Shown: piece after piece, positions 1-9,360 of the stretch | How positions within the stretch are numbered: position 1 is the stretch's first letter | Layout: each line of letters starts with the position of its first letter | NCBI GenBank assembly: GCA_041749915.1 | Contig: JBGTAJ010000170.1 | Location: 3,405 to 67,404 of the forward strand | Direction: 5' to 3' | DNA from: Flavobacteriales bacterium | Lineage (GTDB): Bacteria > Bacteroidota > Bacteroidia > Flavobacteriales_F > PHOS-HE28 | Length of the DNA: 64,000 nucleotides | Position numbers and translations under genes: made by a program | Notes under the pieces: generated by a model | Told to the model about the DNA's origin: nothing | Databases searched by the model: none | What the model saw: only the letters and a program-made list of their open reading frames with translations

Positions 1-1
1 T

Positions 2-664
2 TTCAGCAAAGCGGCGGACGGTGCCCGCCTACACGCGCTCTATTTCAAGGCCGAAGAGCCCCGCGGCGTGGTGCTCTATTTCCACGGCAACACCGGTTCG
101 CTGCGTCGCTGGGGGCACCAGGCCCGGCGCTTCACCCGGCAGGGCTTCGATGTGCTCATGCCCGACCATCGCGGCTATGGCAAAAGCAGTGGTGCGCTCA
201 GCGAGAAGGCCCTGCATCACGACGCCCAGGGCTGGTACGATCACTTGAAGGAACAGTGGCCCGAGGACCGCATCGTGCTTTACGGTCGATCGCTGGGCAG
301 TGCGCTGGCCACCCCGGTGGCTGCCAACAACAGGCCCAGTGTCCTGATCCTGGAAACCCCCTTCGCCAATCTGTATGACGTGGCGATCTCCTACCTCCGC
401 ATCCTGCCCTACAAGGTGCTGTTGCGCTATCCGTTCCGCAACGATAAGGCCATCCGGCGCGTGCAGTGTCCGGTGTACATCTTCCACGGACGGCGGGACA
501 ATGTGGTGCCCTACCATTCGGCCTTGAAGCTCTATTCCATGGTGCCGTCCACCGTTGAACGCGAGATGTTCACCTTTCCCAAGGGGCACCACAGCGACCT
601 CCCGCGCTTCGTGCGCTTCAACCGCCAACTGCAACGGATCCTGGCCAAGGTCGCTGCCGCGTGA
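2..664 (+). CDS. alpha/beta-fold hydrolase, 5' end outside the window
   Basis: The frame of listed ORF 68..664 stays open back to base 2 (FSKAADGARLHALYFKAEEPRGVVLYFHGNTGS). It has an HGN oxyanion motif, the nucleophile elbow GRSLGS, and distal FHGRRDNVVP and KGHHSD, consistent with a Ser-Asp-His hydrolase. Confidence 0.75.
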   Translation, partial: FSKAADGARLHALYFKAEEPRGVVLYFHGNTGSLRRWGHQARRFTRQGFDVLMPDHRGYGKSSGALSEKALHHDAQGWYDHLKEQWPEDRIVLYGRSLGSALATPVAANNRPSVLILETPFANLYDVAISYLRILPYKVLLRYPFRNDKAIRRVQCPVYIFHGRRDNVVPYHSALKLYSMVPSTVEREMFTFPKGHHSDLPRFVRFNRQLQRILAKVAAA

Positions 665-709
665 ACGGCTGAGCCCGGGATGGTTACCTTCGCGCCCCAT
701 TCCAACTCC

Positions 710-1411
710 ATGACCGTACGTTTCGCTTCCGCCGCGCTGGCGATGACCTTCCTCAGCGCTTGTTCCCAAGGCCAGAAAGGCCGGGTAGTCCTTACCAATG
801 AAATGGATTCCGTGAGCTATGCCATCGGTGCCGACATCGGCGCCAACTTCAAGCGTGGCAAGCTGGACAGCGTGAACATCGACGCCATTGCCATGGGGCT
901 GCGCGACGGGTTGGACAGCGCCACCATGATGGACCAGGCCACCCTGGAACAGGTGGTGCAGGGCTACATGATGAAACTGCAGGAGAAGCGCATGGCCGAA
1001 GATCAGGCCAAGGGCGAGGAGAACCGCGTGGCCGGTGAGACCTTCCTGGCCGAGAACGGCAAGAAGGCAGGTGTGATCACCACCGAAAGCGGTCTTCAGT
1101 ACGAAGTGGTGACCATGGGCACGGGTCCCAAGCCCACCGCCCAGGACCAGGTGAGCGTCCATTACACCGGCACCCTCATCGACGGCACCAAGTTCGACAG
1201 CTCCGTGGACCGGGGGCAGCCCGCCACCTTCCCGGTGGGTGGTGTCATCCGCGGCTGGGTGGAAGGCCTCCAGTTGATGCCCGTGGGCAGCAAGTGGAAG
1301 TTGTACATCCCCAGCGATCTGGCCTACGGCCCATCCGGCGGTCCCGGCGATGCGATCCCCGCCAACAGCACCCTCATCTTCGATGTGGAGCTGCTGGAGA
1401 TCGTGAAGTAG
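710..1411 (+). CDS. FKBP-type peptidyl-prolyl cis-trans isomerase (Mip/FkpA-like lipoprotein)
   Basis: C-terminal FKBP domain (VSVHYTGTLIDGTKFDSS, GVIRGWVEGLQLMPVGSKWKLYIPSDLAYG, STLIFDVELLEI) with an N-terminal Mip-type helical region. The ATG at 710 gives the signal MTVRFASAALAMTFLSAC with a lipobox. An in-frame ATG at 680 is the alternative start. Confidence 0.9.
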   Translation: MTVRFASAALAMTFLSACSQGQKGRVVLTNEMDSVSYAIGADIGANFKRGKLDSVNIDAIAMGLRDGLDSATMMDQATLEQVVQGYMMKLQEKRMAEDQAKGEENRVAGETFLAENGKKAGVITTESGLQYEVVTMGTGPKPTAQDQVSVHYTGTLIDGTKFDSSVDRGQPATFPVGGVIRGWVEGLQLMPVGSKWKLYIPSDLAYGPSGGPGDAIPANSTLIFDVELLEIVK

Positions 1412-1486
1412 GAGAACGCATCAACGCTCGAAAGGGTGTCAGGAGGCGGACCGGTTCCGCACCCTGGCACCCTTTTCCGTTACTGG

Positions 1487-1765
1487 TCACTCTACTGTGG
1501 GAAGCGCCATCCAGTGGCTCACCTCCGCAAAGAAGCGGTTGCTGGTGCCCTCGCCCAGCCAGAAGTGCGCCGGCCCGTTGTAGCCCGTCTTACTGGGGTT
1601 CTTCACGAAGAAGTCCAGGGCGAAGCGCATGATCACCACTTCGCGCAGTTCGGTGGCGCCCGTCTTGCCGGGCAGGTACACCGCGTTGCCGGGCACCCGG
1701 CACAGCACGCGTGCGCCATCTTCGGGCAGTCGCACCTCCACGGAGATCCAGCTCATGTCGTTCAT
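1487..1765 (-). CDS. DUF551 domain protein (phage-associated family)
   Basis: WISVEVRLPEDG near the N-terminus and EVSHWMALP at the C-terminus match my recollection of the DUF551 signature. The listed ORF starts with GTG at 1774; ATGs lie at 1765 and 1756. Confidence 0.6.
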   Translation of the reverse strand: MNDMSWISVEVRLPEDGARVLCRVPGNAVYLPGKTGATELREVVIMRFALDFFVKNPSKTGYNGPAHFWLGEGTSNRFFAEVSHWMALPTVE

Positions 1766-1844
1766 CTCAGGCACCCAAGATAGGAGCGGGGGACATCAGC
1801 ACGGTCCGTTGCGCGCGATGTGCGGTCAACGGCAGTGGATCCGC

Positions 1845-3377
1845 TCAGAACATCGGCTCCAGGGGAACCTCTTCCGCCAGCACCATGTCCAGCATGCGCA
1901 CCACGGCAGCAGCGGCCAGTTTGCGTGTGTGCTCGTCGCTTTCTGCGAACATCTTTTCGCTTTCCTTCCGCACCAGGAAACGGAGCAGGTGGTCCCTGAT
2001 CTCGAGCCCCGTGGCGGTGATCACCCCGGCGCTGCTGTGGTTCCATTGCCACAAGAGGCGCAAGGACAGGCGCAACGAGGACCGGTCGTGCTTGCGGCCG
2101 CCCTGGATCACCCAGCCGCGGCCCTCATCGCGTTCCACCATGAACCGCAACGTCGTCCGGATCATGCCCACCAGACTGTCCACCGTGATGGCGCCTTCGG
2201 GCCGCTGGATGAGGTCGGTGGGGCGGATATCATCGTTCCGCAGGTAGTAGAGCTGGTTTGCGCGCGGCATGCTCTTGTTGAACTCCACCATCGCGGGGTT
2301 CACCGAGTCGCCGTCCACCACGATGGTGCCATCGAAACCGTCCACCGCCTCGCGCTCCTTGTCGCCCAGCATCTCCAGGTAGCTGGCCTTCATGCGTTCA
2401 CGCACCAAGGGGGGAAGCACGAAGCTTGGCGCACCGATGGCATGGCAGCCCCTACGATGACAGATGCCGATGATGCGCAGGCTCAGCGCCCGCAGCATCG
2501 GGGCGTTCAGGACGATGGTCTCACGGTCGGGCAGCACCGCACGGTCCGGGCCATGGAACAGGGCGATGTGGTCAGCCGCATAGCCCTGCGGGTCCACGGA
2601 AAGCCCTGCGGCGTGATGCATCAGTTCGAAGAGGATCTCATCGGCCTCCAGTGCACCGGCGATGCTGTCGATCATCACCGTGGCCCGGACGGTGCCGCGC
2701 GGCAGTTCCATCAGTTCTTCCACGGCGTCGAAGAGCTGCGCCCACAGGCGGGCCTCCAGATGACCGTGCACGTCGCGCAGGTAGAGGTACACTCCGCCCT
2801 GTTTCTCGGTCCAGCTGTGGGCACAGTTGTGCATCAGCATGGCCAGGTCGAAGAAGGGGGCCGGCACGGGTTCGCCGTCCAGCAGCAGGGCACCTTCCAT
2901 GGCATAGAGCGGACGCGGCACCACCATCAGGCGGGTGCCGGTGCTCGGGTTCACGCGCACGCGGCCTTCCTGCGTATCGAGGTAGGCCAGTTCCAGTTTG
3001 GAGGCGCGCTCCAGGCTGCGGTGGGCACGCAACATGTTCCAGGTGTCACCCGGGGTGAAGTTCCACAGGTCGGCGATGTAGCTTTTGGCACCGGCGTTCA
3101 GCCCGTTGATCAGTTCGGATCGGTGCGCCCCGCCGATGAGCTCCACCCGCCGTTCGAGCAGTGCGTCCGGCAAGGCGTCCACGGTCCAATCGGAGCGCCG
3201 CACGTGGGCCGTCTCCTCCCGCAGTTCCACCGAGCCGCTGGACAGCTTTTCGCGCAGGGTCGCCCGATCCGCCAGCAGATCGTTCCGCTTGCGGCCGAAA
3301 CGATGCACCAGTTCATGGATCAGGGCCTTCACCGCGGGGGTGAGGGTGCGGTCCTGGACGGTCTCGACAGTGCTCAT
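1845..3377 (-). CDS. malate synthase A family protein, divergent
   Basis: Collinear with AceB along the whole length (ERRVELIGG, YLYL..HLEARLW, LPRGTVRATVMI, ADEILFEL, VLPDR, CHRRG, DGFDGT), but several family signature motifs are altered (see finding). The ATG at 3377 (MSTVETV) is preferred over the upstream start at 3473. Confidence 0.75.
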   Translation of the reverse strand: MSTVETVQDRTLTPAVKALIHELVHRFGRKRNDLLADRATLREKLSSGSVELREETAHVRRSDWTVDALPDALLERRVELIGGAHRSELINGLNAGAKSYIADLWNFTPGDTWNMLRAHRSLERASKLELAYLDTQEGRVRVNPSTGTRLMVVPRPLYAMEGALLLDGEPVPAPFFDLAMLMHNCAHSWTEKQGGVYLYLRDVHGHLEARLWAQLFDAVEELMELPRGTVRATVMIDSIAGALEADEILFELMHHAAGLSVDPQGYAADHIALFHGPDRAVLPDRETIVLNAPMLRALSLRIIGICHRRGCHAIGAPSFVLPPLVRERMKASYLEMLGDKEREAVDGFDGTIVVDGDSVNPAMVEFNKSMPRANQLYYLRNDDIRPTDLIQRPEGAITVDSLVGMIRTTLRFMVERDEGRGWVIQGGRKHDRSSLRLSLRLLWQWNHSSAGVITATGLEIRDHLLRFLVRKESEKMFAESDEHTRKLAAAAVVRMLDMVLAEEVPLEPMF

Positions 3378-3462
3378 GGTACGCTGGAGGCCGGTTCTAC
3401 GCACACCAACCGCTTCAGGTTTTCGACGAACAAAGGTATTTCTTAGCCGGATGCAACCGCCA

Positions 3463-4614
3463 TCAGGCAGCACGCTCCAAGGCCGCGTTCGACGCCACCA
3501 TCCGCTCCAGGCGGGGATCCATCAGGGCGAAGTACAGCAGCGGCACCAGGCTCAGCAGCATCATGCCGGGGTATCCCGTGGGCAGCTGCGGTGCGTCCTC
3601 GAGGCTGTCCAGCACCTGATATTTCTTGCTCGCCTTCCAATGGTGGTCGCTGTGGCGCGTCAGTTCGAAGAGGAGCAGGCGGCCCATCAGGCGGTCGCTG
3701 TTCCAGGAATGCACGTGCTGAACCCGCCCGTATCCACCCTGCGCACTGCGTGTGCGGCGCAGACCGTAATGCTCAATGTAGTTCACCGTTTCCAGCAGCA
3801 GGATCCCCACCGCCGCGGCACCCACGAAGGCGGCCAGCACGAAGCCTCCGAAGAGCAGCCCGATCAGTGTCAGCAGCAGGGCTTGCCAGGCCAGGGCCTG
3901 CAGCATCTCGTTGCGCCAGCCCAGGGCAGCGTGGCCCGCCTTGCGCATCCGCTCCTTCTCGATGTGCCAGGCACTGAGGAAGCTGAACACCACGCTCCGC
4001 AGCCAGAACAGCGGAAGCCATTCGCCCAGGCGCGCCGAGGCCGGGTCGTCCGGCGTGGCCACCCGGCGGTGATGCCCCCGATTGTGCTCGATGATGAAGT
4101 GCATGTAGAGGCTGGTGAGCAGCAGCGCCCGCGTCAGGTCGCGCTCCCAGCGCTTCACCCGGTGCCCCAGTTCATGGGCCACGTTGATGCCATAGATGCC
4201 GCACAGGATGCCCATGCTCGTCACGCGGCCGGCCACCTCCCAGCGCGCCAGGCCCGCCTCATCCACGGTGAGCAGGAACAGGACCAGCAGGCCCCATTGC
4301 ACGGGAACGATGAGGTACAGGAGGATGTCGAACAGTGGATCGCTCAGCGCAGCCTGCTCCTCCTCATCGCTCAGGTTCTGGTGCCGTTCGGGTATGATCA
4401 GTTCCAGCAATGGAACCAGCCCGAAGGCGTACAGCACCGGCGCCCAGGTCCACCAACCGTGCCCCAGGAAAGCTGCCACTGCCAACGCAGGGGCGGTGAA
4501 GGTGAACAGGTAGCGCAGGGCCCGGATCCGCACCCGCGTGCGCAGGGCCGATGACAGGGGAGGTGCGGAGGCGACCATCTGCCCAAAGCTACAGCGTGAA
4601 GGATCGTCGTGCAT
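3463..4614 (-). CDS. alkB: alkane 1-monooxygenase (integral-membrane di-iron AlkB family)
   Basis: All AlkB histidine boxes are present: HELGHR, EHNRGHHRRVATPDDPASA, NYIEHYGL and LTRHSDHH. There are multiple N-terminal hydrophobic helices. An alternative ATG lies at 4578. Confidence 0.9.
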   Translation of the reverse strand: MHDDPSRCSFGQMVASAPPLSSALRTRVRIRALRYLFTFTAPALAVAAFLGHGWWTWAPVLYAFGLVPLLELIIPERHQNLSDEEEQAALSDPLFDILLYLIVPVQWGLLVLFLLTVDEAGLARWEVAGRVTSMGILCGIYGINVAHELGHRVKRWERDLTRALLLTSLYMHFIIEHNRGHHRRVATPDDPASARLGEWLPLFWLRSVVFSFLSAWHIEKERMRKAGHAALGWRNEMLQALAWQALLLTLIGLLFGGFVLAAFVGAAAVGILLLETVNYIEHYGLRRTRSAQGGYGRVQHVHSWNSDRLMGRLLLFELTRHSDHHWKASKKYQVLDSLEDAPQLPTGYPGMMLLSLVPLLYFALMDPRLERMVASNAALERAA

Positions 4615-4798
4615 GAACCCGGGCAGCGTGGCACCGGACCGATCGGCGATCGGGACCGCTTTGCCACGATCGTGACCCAGTACCGAAGGTCATGCCAGGC
4701 CCTTCAGCCATTGCCCCCCGGCTTCCACATCCTACTTTAGCGACCCGTTCGCACGGCCCTCTGGCCGATGCGGGCGTTCACCCGAAGCCCCTTTCGGT

Positions 4799-6121
4799 AT
4801 GAGGAACCTGATCATGATCCCCCTGGCCACCATGCTCGCTGCACCCGCCGCCGCACAGACACGCGCCATCGAATACACGGAGTTCGACCTCGAGAACGGT
4901 CTTCACGTGATCCTGCACGAGGACCACAGCACGCCCATCGTTGCGGTGAGCGTGATGTACCACGTGGGCAGCAAGAACGAGGAGAAGGACCGCCGCGGGT
5001 TCGCGCATTTCTTCGAGCACCTCCTGTTCGAAGGATCGGAGAACATCGGCCGCGGCGAGTTCAGCAAACACGTGGAGAAGGCCGGTGGCGTGCTCAATGC
5101 CAATACCACCGGCGACCGAACCTATTACTACGAGGTGCTGCCCAGCAACCAGCTGGAGCTGGGACTGTGGCTGGAGAGTGAGCGCATGCTGCACGCCAAG
5201 GTGGACCAGAAAGGCGTGGACACCCAGCGCGAGGTGGTGAAGGAGGAGCGTCGCCAGCGCTACGAGAACCAACCCTACGGCAGCATCCTCATCGAGGTGC
5301 TGAAACGGGCCTACACCGAACACCCATACCAGTGGCCCACCATCGGGTTCATGGAGGACCTCAACGCGGCGAGCGAAGCGGATTACCAAGCCTTCTACAA
5401 GCAGTTCTACGTGCCGAACAATGCGGTGCTGGTGGTGGCGGGTGATATTGACCCGACCCGCTGCAAGGAGCTCGTGGCGAAGTACTTCGGTGGCATCCCC
5501 CGTGGCAAGGACGTGGTGCAGCCCACCGTGGTGGAGCCGCCCTTGGTGGGTGAGCGCCGCGACGTGATCTACGACCGCATCCAGCTGCCCGCCGTGGTGC
5601 AGGCCTACCGCATTCCGGCCAACGGCACCAAGGACTTCTACGCCGTGGACCTGGTGAACCGACTGCTCTCCAACGGCAACTCCTCCCGCCTGAACGTGGC
5701 CCTGAAGGATGAACAACAGAAAGCGGTGTACGTGGGTGCCTTCAGCCTGCCCTTCGAGCATCCCGGGCTCGCCATCATGTTCGCCATCGCCAACGCGGGA
5801 GTGGACGTGAAGGAACTGGAGCGCGCCATGGATACTGAGCTTGCCCGGATCCAGAAGGAGGGCGTGCCCGAGGCCGAGATGGCCAAGCTGAAAGCCCAGT
5901 TGGAATCCGAGTACATCGCCGACAACGGCCGTGTGGCGGGTGTGGCGGGCAACCTCGCCACGGCCTACACCATGCTCGGTGGCACCGAACTGGTGAACAA
6001 GGAGCTCGACCGTTATCTGGCACTGACCTCCGAGGACCTGCGCCAGGCCGCCGTCACCTATTTCACCACCAGCGACCGCGTAGTGCTGCACTACCTCCCG
6101 CTCAGCCAGCAACAACCATGA
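4799..6121 (+). CDS. M16 family zinc peptidase (active subunit)
   Basis: Signal peptide MRNLIMIPLATMLAAPAAAQ, inverted zinc motif HFFEHLLFEG (HxxEH) and pitrilysin-family length (440 aa). Confidence 0.9.
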   Translation: MRNLIMIPLATMLAAPAAAQTRAIEYTEFDLENGLHVILHEDHSTPIVAVSVMYHVGSKNEEKDRRGFAHFFEHLLFEGSENIGRGEFSKHVEKAGGVLNANTTGDRTYYYEVLPSNQLELGLWLESERMLHAKVDQKGVDTQREVVKEERRQRYENQPYGSILIEVLKRAYTEHPYQWPTIGFMEDLNAASEADYQAFYKQFYVPNNAVLVVAGDIDPTRCKELVAKYFGGIPRGKDVVQPTVVEPPLVGERRDVIYDRIQLPAVVQAYRIPANGTKDFYAVDLVNRLLSNGNSSRLNVALKDEQQKAVYVGAFSLPFEHPGLAIMFAIANAGVDVKELERAMDTELARIQKEGVPEAEMAKLKAQLESEYIADNGRVAGVAGNLATAYTMLGGTELVNKELDRYLALTSEDLRQAAVTYFTTSDRVVLHYLPLSQQQP

Positions 6122-8346
6122 ACCGCAGGACCCCTCCGACCCGTACGACCCGCTTGGGCGTGATGCTCGTGGCAGGCCTGCTCGCCCCGGTATTGATGAC
6201 CGCACAGATCGACCGCAGCCGTCCGCCCGCTCCAGGGCCGGCACCCGCCGTGAACCTCGGTGCCCACAGCACCTTCACCCTGAAGAACGGTCTCCGCATC
6301 CTGGTGGTGGAGAACCACAAGCTGCCGATGGTGAACGTGCAGCTGCGCTTCGACATCCCTCCTGTGGTGCAGGGCGACAAGGCCGGCTACATCGATATGG
6401 TGGGCGAACTGCTCGCCACCGGAACCACCACGCGAACCAAAGCCCAGATCGATGAGAACGTGGACCGCCTGGGCGCCACCCTGGCCACCACCAGCGACGG
6501 GCTCTACGCTTCGGGACTCAAGAAGAACCTGCCCGAGCTGATGCAACTCGTGGAGGACGTGGCCACCCGTCCCGCCTTCCCCGAACGCGAGTTCGAAAGC
6601 GCCCGCACCCGCACCCGCTCAGGGATCCAGCAGCGCAAGGATGATCCCGATGCCATCGCCGAGGTGGTGGGACGCGCAGTGACCTATGGCCGGGTGCACC
6701 CCTATGGCGAGGTGACCACGGAGGCTTCCCTGGGCAACATCGCGGTGAAGCACATCAAGGGCTACTACGACTATTTCTTCCGACCCGAGAAGGGCTACCT
6801 GGTGTTCGTGGGTGACATCACGGAGAAGGAGGCCAAGGCTCTTGCCACCCAGCACTTCGGCAACTGGAAACCAGCGAAGCCCGCCACCACGGAGAACGAG
6901 GATGGCACGGTGACCATGGAAGGACTGGGCATCGTGCGGGTCATGCCGAAGCTGGCCCTGCCCAGCGGCGTGCGTCGCGTGATGTTGGTGGACCGCCCAG
7001 GATCAGCCCAGTCAGTGATCCGCGTGGGATTCCCGCTGAACCTGCAGCCCAAGGACCTGCGCGCCCTGTCGGCCCAGGTGATGAACACCATCCTGGGAGG
7101 TGGGGTCTTCAACGCCCGCCTGATGCAGAACCTGCGCGAGGACAAGGCCTGGACCTATGGCGCCTATGCCAGCATGGAATCGGACCGCTTCAACGGCCAC
7201 TTCAACGCCAGCGTGAGCGTGCGTACCGAGGTGACGGACAGCGCGGTGACGGAGATCATCAAGGAACTGGAGCGCATGCGCAATGAGCCGGTGACCAGCG
7301 AGGAACTCGATCTCGCCAAGCGCTACATGGCCGGCAGTTTCGCCCGAAGCCTGGAGGACCCCCGCACCGTGGCGCGCTTCGCTCTGAACACCTACCTGAA
7401 CGAACTGCCCGAGGACCATTACGCCACCTACCTGCAGCGCCTGGAGGCCATCACCGCCGCCGATGTCAAGGCCGCGGCACAGGCCTTCCTGCACCCCGAT
7501 CAGGCTGTGATCCTGGTGGTGGGCGACAAGCAGCAGGTGTACCACAAGCTGGAGCCGCTGAGCCGCGACAAGTCCAATGCGGTGTTGGAACTGGACGAGA
7601 ACGGGAAACCCTGGCAGGAGGACATCACCCCGGTGAGCGACCGCACCGCCGACGAGGTGATCGAAGCCTACCTGAAGGCCCTGGGAGGCCGCAGCAAGGT
7701 GGCGCTGGTGGAGGACCTGCGTCGCGTGATGAACGCCCCGATGGGTGCGCAGGAACTGTCCGTGACCGAATGGTATGCACCCGGTCGCAAGTACCGCTCC
7801 GAGGCCCGTGCCGGAACGATGGTGCTGGAGGAGGTGGTGCTGGACGGCACGCGTGCCGGTCGCAAAGGTCCGGAGGGGCAGGAGGAACTGACCGACGTGG
7901 ACCTGCAGGACCTGATGTTCAGCGCCGCACCGGTGCCCGAGATGGAGCTGACCGGCTTTGTGGACCGCAAGGTGCTCGCCGGTCGCACCACGGTGAACGG
8001 CAAGGAGGCCTACAAGGTGATCCTGATGACCCAGCACGGCACCACGGTGGCCGACTACTACGACGCCGCCACCGGCCTGAAGCTGCAACGGACGGAACAA
8101 AAGTTCATGATGGGCCGCAACATGCGCATCACCACCACCTATGGCGACTACAAGGCCGTGGCCGGTGTGATGTTCCCGCACAGCATCACCCAGGGCGGTG
8201 GACCCATGGGCGTGGCATCCTTCACCGTGAAGGAGATCGCCGTGAACAAGGGCACCATCCCGGGCTTCTTCGAGACCGGCCTGCCCGATGTGGTGGAGCC
8301 CACGGAGTACGAAACGGATCCCGAAGGCGGCATGGAAGGCCAGTAA
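6118..8346 (+). CDS. M16 family peptidase-like protein without the HxxEH motif, with a ~270 aa C-terminal extension
   Basis: Its ATG overlaps the upstream stop (ATGA at 6118-6121). It has an M16 fold, but MVGELLATGTT replaces the zinc motif. At 742 aa it is longer than the ~440 aa typical for M16B partners. Confidence 0.85.
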   Translation: MNRRTPPTRTTRLGVMLVAGLLAPVLMTAQIDRSRPPAPGPAPAVNLGAHSTFTLKNGLRILVVENHKLPMVNVQLRFDIPPVVQGDKAGYIDMVGELLATGTTTRTKAQIDENVDRLGATLATTSDGLYASGLKKNLPELMQLVEDVATRPAFPEREFESARTRTRSGIQQRKDDPDAIAEVVGRAVTYGRVHPYGEVTTEASLGNIAVKHIKGYYDYFFRPEKGYLVFVGDITEKEAKALATQHFGNWKPAKPATTENEDGTVTMEGLGIVRVMPKLALPSGVRRVMLVDRPGSAQSVIRVGFPLNLQPKDLRALSAQVMNTILGGGVFNARLMQNLREDKAWTYGAYASMESDRFNGHFNASVSVRTEVTDSAVTEIIKELERMRNEPVTSEELDLAKRYMAGSFARSLEDPRTVARFALNTYLNELPEDHYATYLQRLEAITAADVKAAAQAFLHPDQAVILVVGDKQQVYHKLEPLSRDKSNAVLELDENGKPWQEDITPVSDRTADEVIEAYLKALGGRSKVALVEDLRRVMNAPMGAQELSVTEWYAPGRKYRSEARAGTMVLEEVVLDGTRAGRKGPEGQEELTDVDLQDLMFSAAPVPEMELTGFVDRKVLAGRTTVNGKEAYKVILMTQHGTTVADYYDAATGLKLQRTEQKFMMGRNMRITTTYGDYKAVAGVMFPHSITQGGGPMGVASFTVKEIAVNKGTIPGFFETGLPDVVEPTEYETDPEGGMEGQ

Positions 8347-8418
8347 TGTGACGGCTTGGCAAGTGTGGTCCTTCGTAGGGCCTCACACTTGAAGATACGT
8401 CGTTCGTGAACGCCCCGT

Positions 8419-9336
8419 TCAGGACAGTGGAACCACGCGTCGCTTGGCCGTGCCGTACATGGGCAGCGCCTGGCGGATGCAGCGGGCCAGTTCCTCCAGC
8501 AACTTGCGGCGCACAAAGGGACGGCGCACCACCAAGCTTACCTGCCGGACCGGTTCGGGGGCCACGAAGCGCCGCACGTGCGGATCACCCGGCTCCACGC
8601 TCAGTTCGGGTACCAGCGTCATCCCACTGCCGTTGCGCACCAGCTGTTTCAGCGTTTCGATGCTGCCGCTCTCGTACAGCACATTCTCGTGACCCGCTGA
8701 ACTGGGGCGGTCGCACAGGCTCAGTGCCTGCTCGCGGAAGCAGTGCCCTTCGCCCAGCACCCACATCGACTGTTCCTGCAGATCGATGAGGTCCAGCTTC
8801 TTCCTTCGCCACAGCGCATGGCCCTTGGGCAGGTAGGCCAGGAAGGGCTCCTGGAAGAGCGCCACCTCCTCGAATTCGCCGGCGTCCACCGGGGTGACCA
8901 AAATGCCCAGGTCCAGCTCGCCACGCCGAAGGCTCTTCAGGATCCGGCTCGTCTTGCGCTCATCGATCACCAGCCGGATGTCCGGGTGCTCCGTGGCGAA
9001 GCGCGGGAGGAACAGGGGCAGCAGGTAGGGCGCCAGCGTGGGGATGATGCCCACCCGGAAGGTGCCCGAGATACCCGTGTGCAGTTCCTTCACCAGGGCC
9101 TGCAGTTGGTCGGCCTCACGCAGCAGCACCCGCGCCTGGGCGATCACGCGGGCACCCACCTCCGTGGGGCGCACCGGCTGCGAACGGCGGTCGAAGAGCT
9201 CCACGTCCAGGTCCTCCTCCAGCTTCCGCAATTGCATGGTGAGCGTGGGCTGCGTGACGAAGCAGGCCTCCGCGGCCTTCACGAAGTGGCGGTGGTCGTC
9301 CAGGGCCACGAGGTAGTGGAGCTGTTGCAGGGTCAT
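8419..9336 (-). CDS. oxyR: LysR-family peroxide-sensing regulator OxyR
   Basis: N-terminal LysR HTH (MTLQQLHYLVALDDHRHFVKAAEACFVTQPTLTMQLRKLE). The redox Cys pair has OxyR spacing (GHCFREQALSLC). It is divergent from dps-katG. Confidence 0.88.
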   Translation of the reverse strand: MTLQQLHYLVALDDHRHFVKAAEACFVTQPTLTMQLRKLEEDLDVELFDRRSQPVRPTEVGARVIAQARVLLREADQLQALVKELHTGISGTFRVGIIPTLAPYLLPLFLPRFATEHPDIRLVIDERKTSRILKSLRRGELDLGILVTPVDAGEFEEVALFQEPFLAYLPKGHALWRRKKLDLIDLQEQSMWVLGEGHCFREQALSLCDRPSSAGHENVLYESGSIETLKQLVRNGSGMTLVPELSVEPGDPHVRRFVAPEPVRQVSLVVRRPFVRRKLLEELARCIRQALPMYGTAKRRVVPLS

Positions 9337-9360
9337 GATCGACGTAAACTATTGGAGCAT

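Noticed and set aside
29-1162. 377-aa ORF on the minus strand spanning the hydrolase and FKBP genes
   Set aside because: It is antisense to two genes with clear homology. Its product is Gly/His/Leu/Val-rich low-complexity sequence without motifs, as expected for stop-free antisense frames in high-GC DNA.
1629-3446. 605-aa plus-strand ORF opposite the malate-synthase-like gene
   Set aside because: It has antisense-artefact composition (runs of H, Q, G, A, R). The minus-strand frame has full-length family similarity.
4778-6244. 488-aa minus-strand ORF opposite the first M16 peptidase
   Set aside because: The opposite strand carries the HxxEH peptidase. This frame has no recognisable motifs and a biased composition.
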